A stretch of DNA of 64,000 nucleotides from Chrysomallon squamiferum (GCA_012295275.1 CM022669.1:14508001-14572000), one strand, 5' to 3'; shown: positions 1 to 32,684, counted from the first letter of the stretch. Numbers and translations are program-made. Notes: generated by a model from the letters alone, not told the origin.

Positions 1-2349
1 ATTTCACTGGCAGACCTACCAACCATTTCTATGTGACGATCCAGAGAATATCCATAGCCTTCAGCTATTGAAAACACCTTCGTTCTTAAACTGTACGTTA
101 TCGAGGGAACAACGAGTCCTGCATCTTTTGAACAAAGACCAGTTAAAAGTGTTAGTCACAAATGAATAATGTAAAAAAAACTGACACCTACAATTCTCAT
201 ACAAAAGAAGAAATATATAAAAGTAAGAAATGTTTAAAAAATTAAGACAAAATGTAATTCAAGATAGAAAATTCTAATAAAATCTTCACCATCTGTCAGT
301 TTTTGTTACCGAAAAGTATCAAATATCTACTTTAGTTTTATTATTTGCAAAATAAATTATGTTGTTAAAAAGTGTACATCTTTTTTCTCTTTGTTTCTGG
401 CATTTATATACGTTTACAATTTATTAAAAGTGAAATTTTGATTTTTGTCAATAAATATGTAAGTGAAGCAAAAATGGAAGGAGATTGAAATTATATAATG
501 AATATCAATCTTGTCATTAATCGATAAAAATAATAATAAAAGTACAAATGTAAACAAAATTTCACAAAAACTAATTATAATATATGTATTTTTTTAAACA
601 AATAATAAGAAAAACAAAAAATAATAAACCTTCAAAAACAAAGAAAAATGTTTTTGCATAAAGGTAAGAAAAACTAAATCGTGTATTATAAGATAGTATA
701 ACAATTATTTGATCAATCCTTTCATTGCCATGCAACATACCTGTAACATACTCAATGCCAGCTGAGGTTGGCACCTTAATCTGTTTAAGAACTGCAGGCT
801 TTGTTTTCAGAACATTCTCGTCACACCGATACTTAACAGCTTTCTTCTCAACAGTCTTAAAAACATCCGGCCCACCATTTTCAATCTCTTCAAACACAGC
901 CCTCTTGTCGAAGAGAGCCAGATTTTTCTCAAAGTCAAATTCCTTTGTCAAGAAAGATTCAACAGGGGCACTGAAACAGTCTTCACGCTGAGCGCTTTTC
1001 CGCCCATTGGAATCTATTTTCCTCGGGGTAGTTGCCTTGCGTGCTTTTGATTCGGAAACTGAAATGGATTCAGAGCATATTTGACACAAAGTAAATTATG
1101 ACCAACTCCGTAGTAGTTAGGCATTTTTTTTTTACTGTTTCTTTCTAAAGATATGATTGATATTTAATATATAAAAAAAAAAATAATAGTAATTTAATAA
1201 TTTTATTTATATTAAAACGTTTTAAATAGTTCAAAAAACAAAAAAAAAACATTTATTCTGATATATACCATCAAAACATTATTAAAGTTATTTTAAAAAG
1301 CTGTTCTGAATACAGTGGAGATTTCAAATTTGTTTCTGTTGTTTATTAAAAATTTTACAAATATTTTTCAAAGAAAATACAACCACTTACAAGACTGTGC
1401 CCTTTTATTTTGATCACAATCTTTCGGCGGAGTCTGTCGGGCATTCCTGCTGCCATTATTGTAATGACAGTCGTAAGACACGTCTCTGGTTGGAGTCAGC
1501 CTGTTCACATAGCCATTGTTACCACAGTAACCATTGTTACCGCAGTAACCATTGTGTTGCTGGGTGTACGAACCAACAAGAACAGGCTGCACCACTTTCA
1601 CTGGCGATCGACAGCCAGGGTTCATCGACTTCTCAGCCTCTTTTGATAATTTGGATGGAGTTTTGGGTTTGTTCACAAATTCATGTGCATTGCTGCTTGG
1701 CTGAATAATTTTTAAGTCTCGAATGTCTTGAGCACTGCGAAAATAAATAGCACATGCTTTAATTTATTAAATGAAAAGATATTCATGTTACCATGACAAT
1801 GATGCTCTCATTATGTTTATACAACAGTCATTTTCCATTATATCTTAACTCTTCTCAGTCATAAAATACGATACAGAATTAAGTTTGAACTAAAAATCAC
1901 ATTATAAGATATTTATAATATTTACTCAGTCATGGAAACCATTTATTGAACTTAAAAATTATCCTATTTTTTACTGAAAGCAAAAGATTATATGACTGTT
2001 TTTCGAATAATGATTGTCAGAGTTTAGATTAAAATAAAATGCAGATATTTATGAAATATAAATGGTCGTAACATATATTCTGCAATAAGTAATGATTTCA
2101 TTTTAAGATGCGAGTTTAAAAGGAACACTGTCACTCCTAAGAAATAATAAAATATTAACTATGGATTGTTATACATTATTTTTACCTGATTGTAAGAGTA
2201 GACACCTCACACTTCAGTCCATTTCGGAATGCATTACAGATTGTTAGAGCTTGTGACTGGCTGTCAACTGACTTCACCTGACCCTGGTATGTCCCCAGTG
2301 ACTCACCACAATCTAATGAGACCACACTTCCAATGTATGATTGACTCAT
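1..2349 (-). CDS. EDC3: Enhancer of mRNA-decapping protein 3 (LSm, FDF and YjeF_N domains); 5' part only, gene continues beyond the left edge
   Basis: Exons (minus): 2349-2186, 1734-1391, 1058-741, 124-<1, all GT-AG with consistent phases. Translation includes MSQSYIGSVVSLDCGESLGTYQGQV...SAQDIRDLKII (LSm), EFDFEKNLALFDK (FDF) and TDAGLVVPSITYSLRTKVFSIAEGYGYSLDRHIEMVGRSASE (start of YjeF_N), as in metazoan EDC3. An acceptor about 9 nt upstream of the ATG implies a non-coding first exon. Confidence 0.95.
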
Positions 2350-2800
2350 TGTTGTGAACTATTCAAACAGATATAAATAAATAAAAAAATGAAAAATAAT
2401 AAGAACAAATTACATAATGAAAACATAAAGAATCTGTATCAATTTAATCCCAAGTGTAAAAGGTCAAGTAAGTGAAAATATTTCAAGAATGAATTTCTTC
2501 ATTGACAAGTAAGTAACACTCAGAAACAAACTCAATGAAATTAAATTATTATTATTATTTTATCTTCCCCTCATAAATACACATTTTATTTCTTTTGTAG
2601 ATTTTTGTTGTGCTGATGGTGGTGGTTTATCATGGTTTTTCATGGTTTAATACACTGATAATAACTAAAAAATTTTGACAACTTCAGTAACTTGATTTAT
2701 ATTTTGAGTAAGACTGCCAAATATTTAATATTTATTCAAATATAATGACAAATTATTATAATTTTTTGCTATTCATTCTAATAAAGAAACTATAATAATA

Positions 2801-2854
<54 letters not shown>

Positions 2855-3636
2855 TATTAAAAATAAATAAATATGAACAAATAAAAAATATAATATGAGT
2901 CCATAAAAGTAACAATTAAACAAATGACGAAAATAATTTGTTTTTGTCGATTACAATTAAGTTCATTTTCAGTTATTTTAAAGACATTACTCAAGGTAAA
3001 CCTTTGCAACATTTGGAAAATTTCGGTTTACTTTCCTGGTTTCTATATTCGCTATTTTCATTTTAAAATCAAATGTTTAGTTATGAAGAACTAAACAAAT
3101 AAAAGCCTATATACAAGCAAAACAATATTTACTAACTTCAGATATAACACTATTTTATCAAAATATCGTTGACGTTCCACAAAGGGTAATTCGTTCAACT
3201 GCAAAACCTCAACAATGTTCCAAATATTTTGACATTCAGCAATTTTTAACAACAAACATGGCTTCTCGGTGCTCGGTCGCTTATATCATATTTCCAAATA
3301 CAAAAATGAAAGTAAATTTATTCACTAATATTCATAAGTAACTGCTATAGTAACAGATATTTCAAGTAATTTTAATTATACATATTTGTTTTTGAATGTG
3401 TTTGAAATCAAAACTTAATAATTTTGTGATGAGCTATGCGATAGAGATAGAGCGTAATCAACAGTAATAGTAATCCGGGATCACTGATTTTGAGAAAAGC
3501 CGAATTTTCACAGAATTACATTTTGAATATGCAGAATAAAAAAAAAAACATTTCACCGTAGGATACAAGAGAAATTGATATGCATGCCTGATGTTATTCG
3601 AAAACAATGAACACGTAACTCTGTAATTATATATAT

Positions 3637-3674
<38 letters not shown>

Positions 3675-3734
3675 AGAGAGATGCACGTTCTGTAAGAGGA
3701 AGAACACCATCAGAATCCATTATTTCAGTTTAAC

Positions 3735-3790
<56 letters not shown>

Positions 3791-4189
3791 AATAAATAAA
3801 TAAAACGTCGACACATGTACCCACAGAAATTTCTGCGTGTTTGACAAAAATATATCTACTGCTTGTTATTAATTTTTCATTATTTATATATTTATTTATT
3901 TAACTGTTAACATAGTTTTCCACGTCGGAAGGAAACATCTCTATTTAATTAATGCGAATGTGTCCAGTTAACACAAATCAACAGGTCACAGGTGTTATTT
4001 TTTCGAATAACAAAGGTGTTAAATTCCTTTAGTTCAGGTACTATCAACGGTCAGGACAGATCCAGTATACTTGACAAAAGCTTATTGACTTACAAATGAC
4101 CATATGCTAAAAATATTCTGTCTATACAGTAATTTTCGAAGGTGACATTTGAATCGATCTGACCAAATCAGGCTATTGAGATCGACATG

Positions 4190-4231
<42 letters not shown>

Positions 4232-4356
4232 ATTCAACTAAATTCAACATACAGTAATAAATACAATGTAAAAATAAAGTGCCTGAAGATAAATTAACCC
4301 ATTAAACCGAATTTTATAATATTTCTAGAATAGTTGAAAGTATATTTTCAAACTGA

Positions 4357-4426
<70 letters not shown>

Positions 4427-4697
4427 ATTACTGTTATTATTTTATTATTATTATTATTATTATTATTTTAAGTCTCGAAATTTTAGTTGCCTTCTGACTG
4501 CGTGTCTTTAAATTTGAAATTTTAAAAAGGTTATGCTTAGTTATTTTATAGTTTTCGTTGCTATTGTTTTTGTTGTTGTTGTTGTTGTTGTTGTTATTAT
4601 TACCATCATCATCATCATCATCATTATTATTATTATTATGCAAAATTTTAACAAAGAAAAACGAAACAACGTACTGCCAAGAAATTGCCTTTACATT

Positions 4698-4734
<37 letters not shown>

Positions 4735-4987
4735 GAAACAAACAAACAAACAAAAGCAGGAAGACAAAAGAAAGAAAAATAAATAGAAAAGTCAAGAAGA
4801 AAAAAAGAAGAAGAAAGAAATCAACGAAAGTTATTTGTTTGTAAACAAAACTTGCAAAAAAGGATAAAGCTGTTTCAGGCTTTTTGTTAAGATAATCAAT
4901 TGCTGGTACGTACTGTCGTACGTCAGTGAAATTATTTATTCAGAAAGTCGTATTTTGCAGACGAAGACACGCCCCAATAGTTATGTG

Positions 4988-5077
4988 CTTTATAAGACAA
5001 AACTCTTTATATTTTGCCTATTTGAACTGAAGTAAGAACCCAAACCAATCCGTCTGGTTTGGGAAGAAAGCTTAAAG
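4988..5077 (+). promoter_or_regulatory. Candidate TATA box and non-coding first exon of the His/Lys-rich gene
   Basis: TTTATAAG at ~4989 and a strong donor AAAG|GTAAGC at 5077/5078. The ATG at 5934 directly follows an acceptor (TTTGCAG|ATG), so an upstream exon is expected. Confidence 0.45.
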
Positions 5078-5305
5078 GTAAGCGCTGAATTATTTATTAA
5101 GATTATGCTAATTCTTTACTTTATCTAAACTATTATAAAACATACACTGTCAAATTATATTGTATTCAAGGTGTGATACAACAGCACCTACTATTTTTAC
5201 TTGTTTTAATTTTCTATAGTTATTGTTGTTGATTAATTATTTTTATTATTTTAAATAGTTTATACAAGTGATGTCAGAAATTAAGTTATTTCTAAGACTT
5301 AGAAA

Positions 5306-5355
5306 ATAATAACAACAGCAAAAACAAGAACAACAAGAACAACAACAACAGCAAT

Positions 5356-5445
<90 letters not shown>

Positions 5446-5730
5446 CAGAACGAAACAAAAGAAAGAATACTTAAAAAAAAAAAAAAAAAAAAAAAAAAGT
5501 TCTGGATTAGATTTTCTTTTACTTTTTCTTCTTCCTCTCCCCCCCCCCCCGGCATACTTATGTTACGAGAGAAGAAAACCAATACTTCCTGGTCTATTTT
5601 TTATTATCTTTCATTACAACGACTCAGTCTTTGATAAACCAGTCGCTGAATAGGAAATAGTATAATGGATTCTGTCAAGCGTTACGCCTGAATTCTAACA
5701 CGTATATTAGCTACCAGATACTAAACACAT
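5306..5730 (+). repeat. Direct repeat copy A (intron 1 of the His/Lys gene)
   Basis: (CAA)n/(TAA)n tract followed by TTCTGGATTAGATTTTC...TATGTTACGAGAGAAG...AAGCGTTACGCCTGAATTCTAACACGTATATTAGCTACCAGATA, closely matching 8935-9302. Confidence 0.9.
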
Positions 5731-5896
5731 CTGAGCGCAGACGACAGAGAATTCGCTAAAGATCTGCGGGTCACCGGGTCGATCGTTCTTGGCGGACCTA
5801 ATAAATTATAGTCAATTATGGTTACATTTTAAATAATAATAAAATTATCGTGTTATTATTACTGTCATTTTTTTTTTTTTACCTTTGTTGTTGTTG

Positions 5897-5928
<32 letters not shown>

Positions 5929-5933
5929 TGCAG

Positions 5934-8821
<2,888 letters not shown>

Positions 8822-8934
8822 GCATGTTTCAAGAGAAACGTAGAGAAATTTGCTTTATAAATAAAAATCCCGAGTTTTCTCTTACTCGATTTTGACCGAA
8901 TTGTTTTTTTGTTTTTATTTGTTTGTGATAATAA

Positions 8935-9302
8935 TAATAATAACAACAACAGAGCAGCAACAACAGCAACAACAACAACCACAACAACAACAATAATAAT
9001 AATAATAGTAATCAAAATAAAAAAACAAAACGAAACAAAAGAAAGAAGACGAAAAAAAGAGAAAAAAAATATTCTGGATTAGATTTTCTTTTCCTTTTTC
9101 TTCTTCCTCTTCCCCCCCCACCCGCATACCTATGTTACGAGAGAAGAAAGTCAATACTTCCTGGTCTGTTTTTTTATTATCTTTCATTATAACGACTCAG
9201 TCTTTGTTAAACCAGTCGATGAATAGGAAATAGTATAATGGATTCTGCCAAGCGTTACGCCTGAATTCTAACACGTATATTAGCTACCAGATATTAAACA
9301 TA
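8935..9302 (+). repeat. Direct repeat copy B (downstream of the His/Lys gene stop)
   Basis: Same sequence and orientation as 5306-5730, with scattered substitutions. Confidence 0.9.
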
Positions 9303-9337
9303 TAATGTATTTAAAAAATAAATAAATAAAATAAAGA

Positions 9338-9424
<87 letters not shown>

Positions 9425-10476
9425 ATGTAAATAAATAAATAAATAAATAAATAAGTAATATAAAAATAAATAAATAAAGGAAAAAGGATAAGTTTGGTTT
9501 TAGGTAAAAAGATAACGGTAGGGAAATTAACAAGATATACGACTGTGGTTTGTTGGATTGTATGTTTACAACGACTATTGGCATTTCATAAACACATATA
9601 CAACACAGATAAATACACAGGTACATACATTCACATGCACACACATGTATATAAACACGCAACGGTGGCCGTAATAGTCGATATTATAAACAGTGAATCA
9701 TTTCTACACACACACACACACATTGATAAATTGATAAATAAATAGATATTTAAAATTAATAATTACAATATAGTTGTTTTTTTTACTTTATCTGTCGAGC
9801 TAGCTATTTGTCTCTGTTTGCATGTCAGTCTACTATTTATTAATTAATTTATTAATTATTATTATTATTATTATTTTTTTTTTTTTTTTTTTTTTTGGCT
9901 TAGGAATTTTGTGCAACAGCTTTTAGGTAAAATGTCTTATCTATCAAGAAGAACAATATGCTTTTTCTAATTTTTTCTTCTTTTTCTAAATTGTTTTATT
10001 ATTATTTTTAATGTTGCACAGTATTCAAAAAAAATAAAATAAATAAATAAATATATATAATAAAATAAATTTCAAACATTAAAAGAAGACCAAGTGTGAA
10101 AAAAACATTTAAAGATAATTTATATATATAAATAAATTGTAAAGTAATTCCCTTTATCTTTATAGCCTGAGAAGAGTAAAATAATTCCAGTGATCGATCT
10201 TTGTCATAGGCCTGTTTTATTTCCAGCTAGTATGGAATTCCCATAAGCTCTGTAATAGATCGTGTGGTATCGGCGGGTCGATTTCTCTAAGAGGAGCCTT
10301 GCCTTTTTATCGTTCCACATTTTAAAAATAAAATAAAACAATGAGTTTATAAATACTTGTAAAATAAAGAATGCAGTCTTCACTGGCATGTGTATGACTG
10401 TCGCATTCCATATACTCTCCGTTAGTAATTGCACGTAGGTCTTGTGGATTATTCACACTTTATATTAATATTATCC

Positions 10477-10524
<48 letters not shown>

Positions 10525-11204
10525 TTTTTCGATTATCATAAAATAAAGTGATATGAATCCTAAAATAAATGTTTATTGCAATAAGAATTAAACTTGATTA
10601 CCAGAATAGGGCAATATATATAGCCTATATCACGAGTAAAATAAGTTTTTCTTGAGATGATGATGAAAATTCAGAAACTTTTTATATTCCTTCAACAACA
10701 ACATAGTATAATAATCCGATCCCTTTAAAAAAAAAGAAGAAAAAAGTGGCATGTTATACCATTGTTAAATTGTATAGATACACATTTATAGTGACATTCT
10801 GCTATTGCTCTAAGCAAATAGCTATAATATATGTCAAGGACTAGCTCATTTGAAAGAAGGTAAACGGTATCTGTATAATTATAATTATTTATTTTTTTTA
10901 TTCATCTTTCAATGATATTAAAACACCTGTCCCCCACAAAATAAAAAATAAAATAAAATAAAAAACCTACACAAAAACAACAACCAAAACCTAAAACAAA
11001 ACAACAATATTATTATAATTATTATATATTGTTAATAAACTATTTCAGTTTTTCTTTTTCTTTTTATCTTATTTATTTTCTTTCATATGCTAAAAATTAA
11101 ATGTTATTTTGACATACAGGAAATATTTCTTTTCTGTAGCAATAAAAGATGGAAAATTTTACAAGCCAGCCAATAATTTTCCTATAGTGAAATTTCGCAA
11201 GACT

Positions 11205-11310
11205 TCAATAATATGCAAATTATTTGTGTCATGACTCAAAATGGAGTTCGATTCAAGTCTTTATAGCTGTGAGGGGGTTAACATCCGGGTTTCTTAACCG
11301 GATATGCGTA
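11205..11310 (+). promoter_or_regulatory. Candidate NEDD4 proximal promoter motifs
   Basis: ATGCAAAT (octamer) at ~11213, ATGACTCA (AP-1) at 11231, and inverted ATCCGG/CCGGAT (ETS-like) at ~11283-11302, all within 170 bp of the ATG. Motif matches only. Confidence 0.3.
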
Positions 11311-11376
11311 TTTTATTAATAACAATTTACTATCTGGTTAATAAACATATACAGTATAAGTATTCTACGCTAGTTA

Positions 11377-26210
<14,834 letters not shown>

Positions 26211-26917
26211 ATCCAGCCTCTCAAGTTAACTGCTTCGTGGTGGCCTTTTTTTTTTTTTTTCTCTCCCAGATCCTACCCACATCACTAAACATCGTCACGT
26301 ACAACAGTACACGTTGGTGGGAAAAATTAAAAAAAAAAGATTCAAAATGTTTTATTATTAACAGCATTATGGAGGATCACTGAACAACTCGCTAACACAC
26401 TTGAGGGAAAAAAAATAAAAAAAAAAAATATATATATATATATATTGATTTTTGATAGTATCACTGAAATCACCAAACAACTCTGGCATCACATAATAAC
26501 ACTTGATGGAAATTCCGAAGCAAATATTGGTTTATTGACAGTTTCGAGGGGAATCCTTAAACAGCCTTTCTACCACACACGTGATGGAAAATCACCAACA
26601 AAGAATTATTGATTTATTTGAAAGTATCAAGGGAATTTGCTGAACAGCCTTGCTATCACATAATTTCCATTTGTCAGAGAATTACCGAACAGATTAAATA
26701 AACAAAAATTGATTGATTTTATTTATCACTAATCAACTTTGGTGTGACACAGTATTATGTGTGACTCAAGACTGATCCCAGATGGGGAAACAAAAGAGTT
26801 TGAAAATCCTGCAAATAATTGTTTAAATTTTTTGATGAGTCTTAGGAATCCGACAAGAAGAATCATTTAATGAATAATGCAATGACACTTAACAGGTTAT
26901 ATAATATGGGTGGAAAC

Positions 26918-26954
<37 letters not shown>

Positions 26955-29781
26955 TCGTCATCATCTTTGACATCGTATTTTCATTCCACTACAAGAACAT
27001 TCTGTGGTAAAAAAAACAGCATCTTGTGATGCATTCTGAAAGCTCAAGAAAAAAAACCATTTGCTGCAGGTCACAAGTGTGAACATCCATGTTGTGAATT
27101 TTGTTATATTTTTTTTTTTTTTTTTTTTTTTTCCTGCTGTATCAGTCGGACATTCTATTATTATTGTTTTTATATCATCATCATCATCATCATCATTATT
27201 TTTGTTATTGATATTATTATTATTATCATCATCATCATTTTATTATATTTTATTATTATTTTTAGTATTATTAATATTATCATTTTTGTTATATATTATT
27301 ATTTTTATTAGTATTATTATTACATTATTATTATTATTAATAGTAGTAGTAGTAGTAGCATTACTGTATCAGTCTAAGTGTAAACATTATTAATATTTTG
27401 TACATAGTATACTACAGACACTGATTGTTATTTTCACTGATGCATTTATAGTACATTTCTGTTTCAGAATAGAACCCATTTATTATTACATGTATATTTG
27501 TATTTTTACCTACCTACCTACCTACCTACCTACCTACCAATCAAACCACTATTTTAACCGTCATTCCACTCACACAATCAAATTGTCCATTCTAAAGTCT
27601 TCACATTAAATATTACATCAGTCAAGACATTTATATATGTGAGCAAATGTAAGCAGTATGCATAATGTTGAATTTATTAAATATATTTAACAGAATAGCT
27701 ATGCATGCACACACAACACACACAGGCTTATTTATTATTAATTGTTTTTTTCTTTTAGTTGGTATGGGTATATAGAGCTCAGAATAACATAATACAGAGA
27801 GAGAGACAGACAGACAGACATAGAAACAGTATTTCAGCTTGGAAGATAAACTGAAAAAAATAAAAGTAAACACAGATACGCACAAATGTACACCACCTTT
27901 TTTTTTAAACATTTTTAAATATTAATATTATAAATAAAATAGCAGTTACTACAATATTTAATCAGTTTAATATTTCTTATTAAAGAATTTATGAGTATTA
28001 CTGTAATGTAAACAGCATTTAGTTGGTATGTTATAAGTATTATTTAAACGTTGATATTAACGGAATTGTTGGAGTAAATGGATGCTTTTTTTTTTATGTT
28101 TTGTTTTATAAATGTTTAGATAAACACTTTCAATTTATTTCATCATTTTAACATAACCTTTACTTTTCAATTATGAAAGTGATCTCAAATTAAAAAGGTG
28201 TATATAAGTGTAATTATTAATGAACTTTTTGAACATCTAAGCACGTGATTCATTAATAAGAATTTTTTTTTTTTTTACATGAAATAATGGAACAAAAAAA
28301 CCTTCAATTTTTTTATTTCATGTTCATGTATTTTTTTGCATCTGTGTCCCAATTTTTATATATATATATATTTTAATTATTTACTTTTATTTTTATTTCT
28401 TTTTTTCAAATCTATTTTATACTATATTTTTACTACTATTTTAACTTTTTTTTTTTTTTTTTTTTTAATTTTTTTTTTTAATTATTTTTTTTTTTCATTA
28501 AAATTCTTATATTATTTATTATCATTAATATGAGATTTTTTGATTTTGTGATAACTTATATAAAAACTTATTTATTATTCATATGATTTGGTAAAATTAT
28601 ACATTGATGATTGATCATCATAGGTGTGTAGATACATTATTGTGTGTATTATGAGTTTTATATTTTGTATTGTTTTTTTGTTGTTTTTGTTGTTTTTTTA
28701 AATAATTTTTTCAAATCATATTTGTATTTTGCTGGTGTGTTTTTTTTTTTTTTTTTTTTTTAAATAATTATTTCATTTCAGCACTCTTGATTTACAGTAC
28801 AACAATAAAATTTATTTAAACAGATTGTATTTAATATTACTATAAAGAATTTTGGTGCAAATATATTTTAACTATTGAGAAAGCCAAATACTGGCACTGT
28901 ATATAGAAAACAATGCTTTTATTAGAATATTTATTTATTTTCATACGTTTATTCATTTAATTTAAAACTTTCACTCAGTCTGGATATTCATTATCCCAAA
29001 AACAAAGAAAAGAAAATGTTTAAGATGCAGCCTAATAATGTAAATAAATAAAAATTAACAAAAATAGGTAAAACTAAAAATAGGTAAAACTTTTGAATAT
29101 GCTTATAAAGTTTATTAAAAAAATATTTTCACTCTCAAATTTTTGATGAAACTATGATTCAGCTTATAAATTAAAAATAAAAATTTTACTTATTGCATTT
29201 GCATAACAAATATATTTGAAGATTTAAAAAAAACTAAACTTTCTAGTTCATATATACTGTTCAAAAATAATAATGTAGACATGTATTTCTTATATATTTT
29301 TTTTTTTTTTTAAAAATATATATATGTAAATATTTAATTAACAAAATAATGTTAAAGTTCTTTTCTACATTTATTTTATGAATTCAATCAGGCTAATAAG
29401 TACGAGGGTGTCAGATGTTGCTTGTCAAACAAAACATATTGTGCAACTTTTCCTAAATCCTAAAACATATTGTGTCTTTCAGTCATTTACCAAATATATG
29501 TATTATTTTTTTTTTCCCATGTATAAAAGTAGTATGTGCTTGTATAGCTATTTAATACAGAGGCAATTTTATTCGGATTTATTTAAAATTATTATTATTA
29601 CATTTTTCATTCGTGATTTGTTTATAGTGGTATATTTATTACTAACATTGATTTTTCGATGATACTGAAATATTATGTGTTTTTGTGTATCATATATGTA
29701 ATATAATTGATGTAAATTTTGACTTTTATTATGCAATGTTGTTTGGTCTGTGCACCCTGAATAGTTCGGGATTTAACGGTG

Positions 29782-29812
<31 letters not shown>

Positions 29813-30032
29813 GTTATTCCACAACTGTCAGGGTAAAAAAAAAGTAAAATAATGATTCAAAATAATAAAATAATCCAGAAGTATTGTTTGAGCTAGTTAT
29901 TGTTTAATCAGACAGCACGAATCATCGATCAGACTGCTTGAATTCGCTGCACATGCACGTGTACACAAACAAACGCATCCACACATACACACACTAACAA
30001 AACAAAATAGAAATAAATGAATAATAATAATA

Positions 30033-30063
<31 letters not shown>

Positions 30064-30384
30064 ATTATTGTTAATAATAATAATAAAAATTACTACAACA
30101 ACAGGAAAAACAAAAAACAAAAGCTGTATTAAAATACACACACGCACACGCACGTACACGGAGAGAGAACTTATTAAATTACACTATTTCATCACGTATA
30201 TTCAGTGTAATTTATTAAATTAGTACACGTATTAATATATTGTTGTTTAATAAGCAAGCAAAATAAATAAATAAAGATCAACTAATATATATCATAGATT
30301 CTTTTATTGTTGTTGTTTAATAACTAAACAAAGTAAGTAAATAAATTAATTAATTAATTAAAATTTAAATTTATAAAGTGTATT

Positions 30385-30850
30385 TATCTTGCAGATCAGA
30401 CAAATTATTTTAACGCCTTTGGCTGGAGTCACAGCCTTTGTCGACTCCTTCTGCTTCAGCATGGTACATATCGTAGAAGTCCTACGCTTGTACTGCCTTG
30501 CTGAATCGACTACATACACACCTCGCCCATTTTTTCCCCGTGATTTCATGTTTTCAGTCAATGGACATCATCCGCTTCTTCTTCTCAGCACAGTCCTTCG
30601 CGATCCATGGTCAGAAGAAAGAAATTTGGGCAAAACACGAACACAACACAACAGAGATGTTTCTATGGCTAGGTAACCACATGAAGTAAATGAGTGAGAC
30701 GCGGAATGCTGGCCGGATATTTTGTTGTTCGCTAAGCCAACTAGCGGCGGCATATCTGAAGCTCGCTCGTAACTCGGATTTGTGCTCGCAACTCAAAGCA
30801 AACAATCGCCAATTCATAAGTTGGGGCACTCGTAAGTCAAGGTACCACTG
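30385..30850 (-). mobile_element. Truncated Tigger/pogo (Tc1-mariner superfamily) DNA transposon: 5' TIR plus a pseudogenised transposase N-terminus
   Basis: Minus strand begins TA|CAGTGGTACCTTGACTTACGAG. From ~30608 the degenerate translation reads AEKKKRMMSID*KHEI...GRGVYVVDSARQYKRRTSTICTMLKQKESTKAVTPAKGVKII, resembling the CENP-B/psq-type HTH of Tigger transposases. It contains a stop and frameshifts. Confidence 0.85.
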
Positions 30851-31719
30851 TACATTAATAATAATAAGAAGAAGAATAAGAAGAAGAAGAAGACGAAGAA
30901 GAAGAAAAACATACGAAGAAAAACAGTAAAAACTCCTTTAAAATAAAAACAGAAAGAAAAAGAAAAAAAAGTAAGAAACGTTAAACAGAAAAAAAAAAAA
31001 AAAAAAAAAGAAAGAAAAAGAGAACATGATAACAAAATGTCAAAACGGTCTGAAGTTGAAGATGTTACTGATTTTCATTATTTTTTTTCCTTTTCTCCGC
31101 ACAAGACACAAGTGTCGAAACCAGTCCACCATTATTGACTAAATAATTCGAAAATCGTCTGAAAGATACTTACTGTTACGAAATCGTTAATATTACCAAG
31201 TAAACACGAAATCATAAAGTCACTCGATCTGCATTCGTACTTCCGGACTTCTCACGAATATTGATTAAATAAAGTGTAAGTGAACTTCGCGATTTATTTT
31301 TGTTTTTAGAACTGCTTAAATTCACTCTTCTCAATTACTTCTTTTTATTATTATTATTATTATTATTTTTATTTTATTTTTATTAATATATTATAAATAG
31401 TGAATTTTATTTTGTTGTGTTCTGTGTTACGTTTGGATGCTATTTGTGTTCATTATCAATCAATGAATCGATTATCGATGAGCGACAAAGAGTTAAAAGT
31501 AACGTTCTGTCTCAACTGGTCATACGAACTTTGAATTACCGAAGGAAAATGTAAGTACATTCTGCAGTTTATAATTTACTGAGTTCGTATTAAACTTTTA
31601 CTAAAATTTATGTTTTTTTTTGTTGTACTTGCTGCTGTTGTTATTTTAAATGTTTAATAATAATAATAATGATGATGATGATGATGATGATGATGATAAT
31701 AATAACAACAACAATAATA

Positions 31720-31752
<33 letters not shown>

Positions 31753-32625
31753 TATTATTATTATTATTAATTTTAAATTAAATTACATATTTTAGTTGTT
31801 TTTGTTCTTTTTTCAGTTTTCTTCTTTTCTTGTGTTTCTTTCTTTTGTTATTTTAATTATATATCTAATTTTTAAATGTTTTATTTATTCTTTTTATAAT
31901 GTATTAAGTAATCGAAAAGCCTCTATGGAAAAAATCAAATCAAAATGAATCAAAATGAAATATAAATAAAAAAAATATTAATATTATAGTTTTCAAATTA
32001 TTTATTAATTTTATATAAAAAAACAACAACAACAAAACAATCTATTTAGAACAAGCAGTTTAATGAAAGAAAAAGAAAAAGAAATTCTTCGTAATAAATT
32101 GAAATAAATAAATGGATATCGAAAGGAAAGTAATATAATATAATATTATATACATTCACTTATTAAGTAATTAATTTTATTACTACTAAATTTATATTAA
32201 TTTTTTAATTATTTATTACATTTAGTCATTTTGAAAAATATTAAATATCAAAAATTTAAACATTTTTACAATATTTCATTTTAGCTGTTGACAAAGCTTG
32301 AATCGTAACATTATAACACGAAATCTACATAAATATATCGAAGGTCTAGGAGTAAATCAATAAAAATTATTTGCACCTGAGAACTAAATCTGAATTGTCT
32401 TTGCTAGAGAGAGAGAGTTGTACCTGTATTTTCAATTATGAAAAATATAAAACGTTTTAGAAAAAAAGATGATATAACGTAAGTAACTCGGTCGATGCGT
32501 TTCCGCTAATGACGTTTTCGTTTTTGTGGAAATGCGAACGAAATCATCGTTGTGAAAAATCTATTTCGTTCTCTTTGTTCGTTTTTAATGCTCTTTTCCT
32601 TACTTTTCTTTTCTTTGCTTATTTC

Positions 32626-32684
<59 letters not shown>

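Noticed and set aside
571-740. Hydrophobic C-terminal tail of the 172-aa ORF, suggesting a membrane-anchored EDC3
   Set aside because: This is intron read-through past the donor at 741/740. EDC3 similarity resumes at 124.
5730-5800. tRNA gene (B-box-like GGGTCGATC; also reverse GGATTTGAAC at ~45563)
   Set aside because: No cloverleaf can be formed. At most these are decayed SINE heads.
31463-31550. Selenoprotein-like reading (KVTFCLNWSYEL-TGA-ITEGK then a donor)
   Set aside because: The TGA is not in a CxxU position, no in-frame downstream exon was found, and no SECIS was evident. A uORF is more likely.
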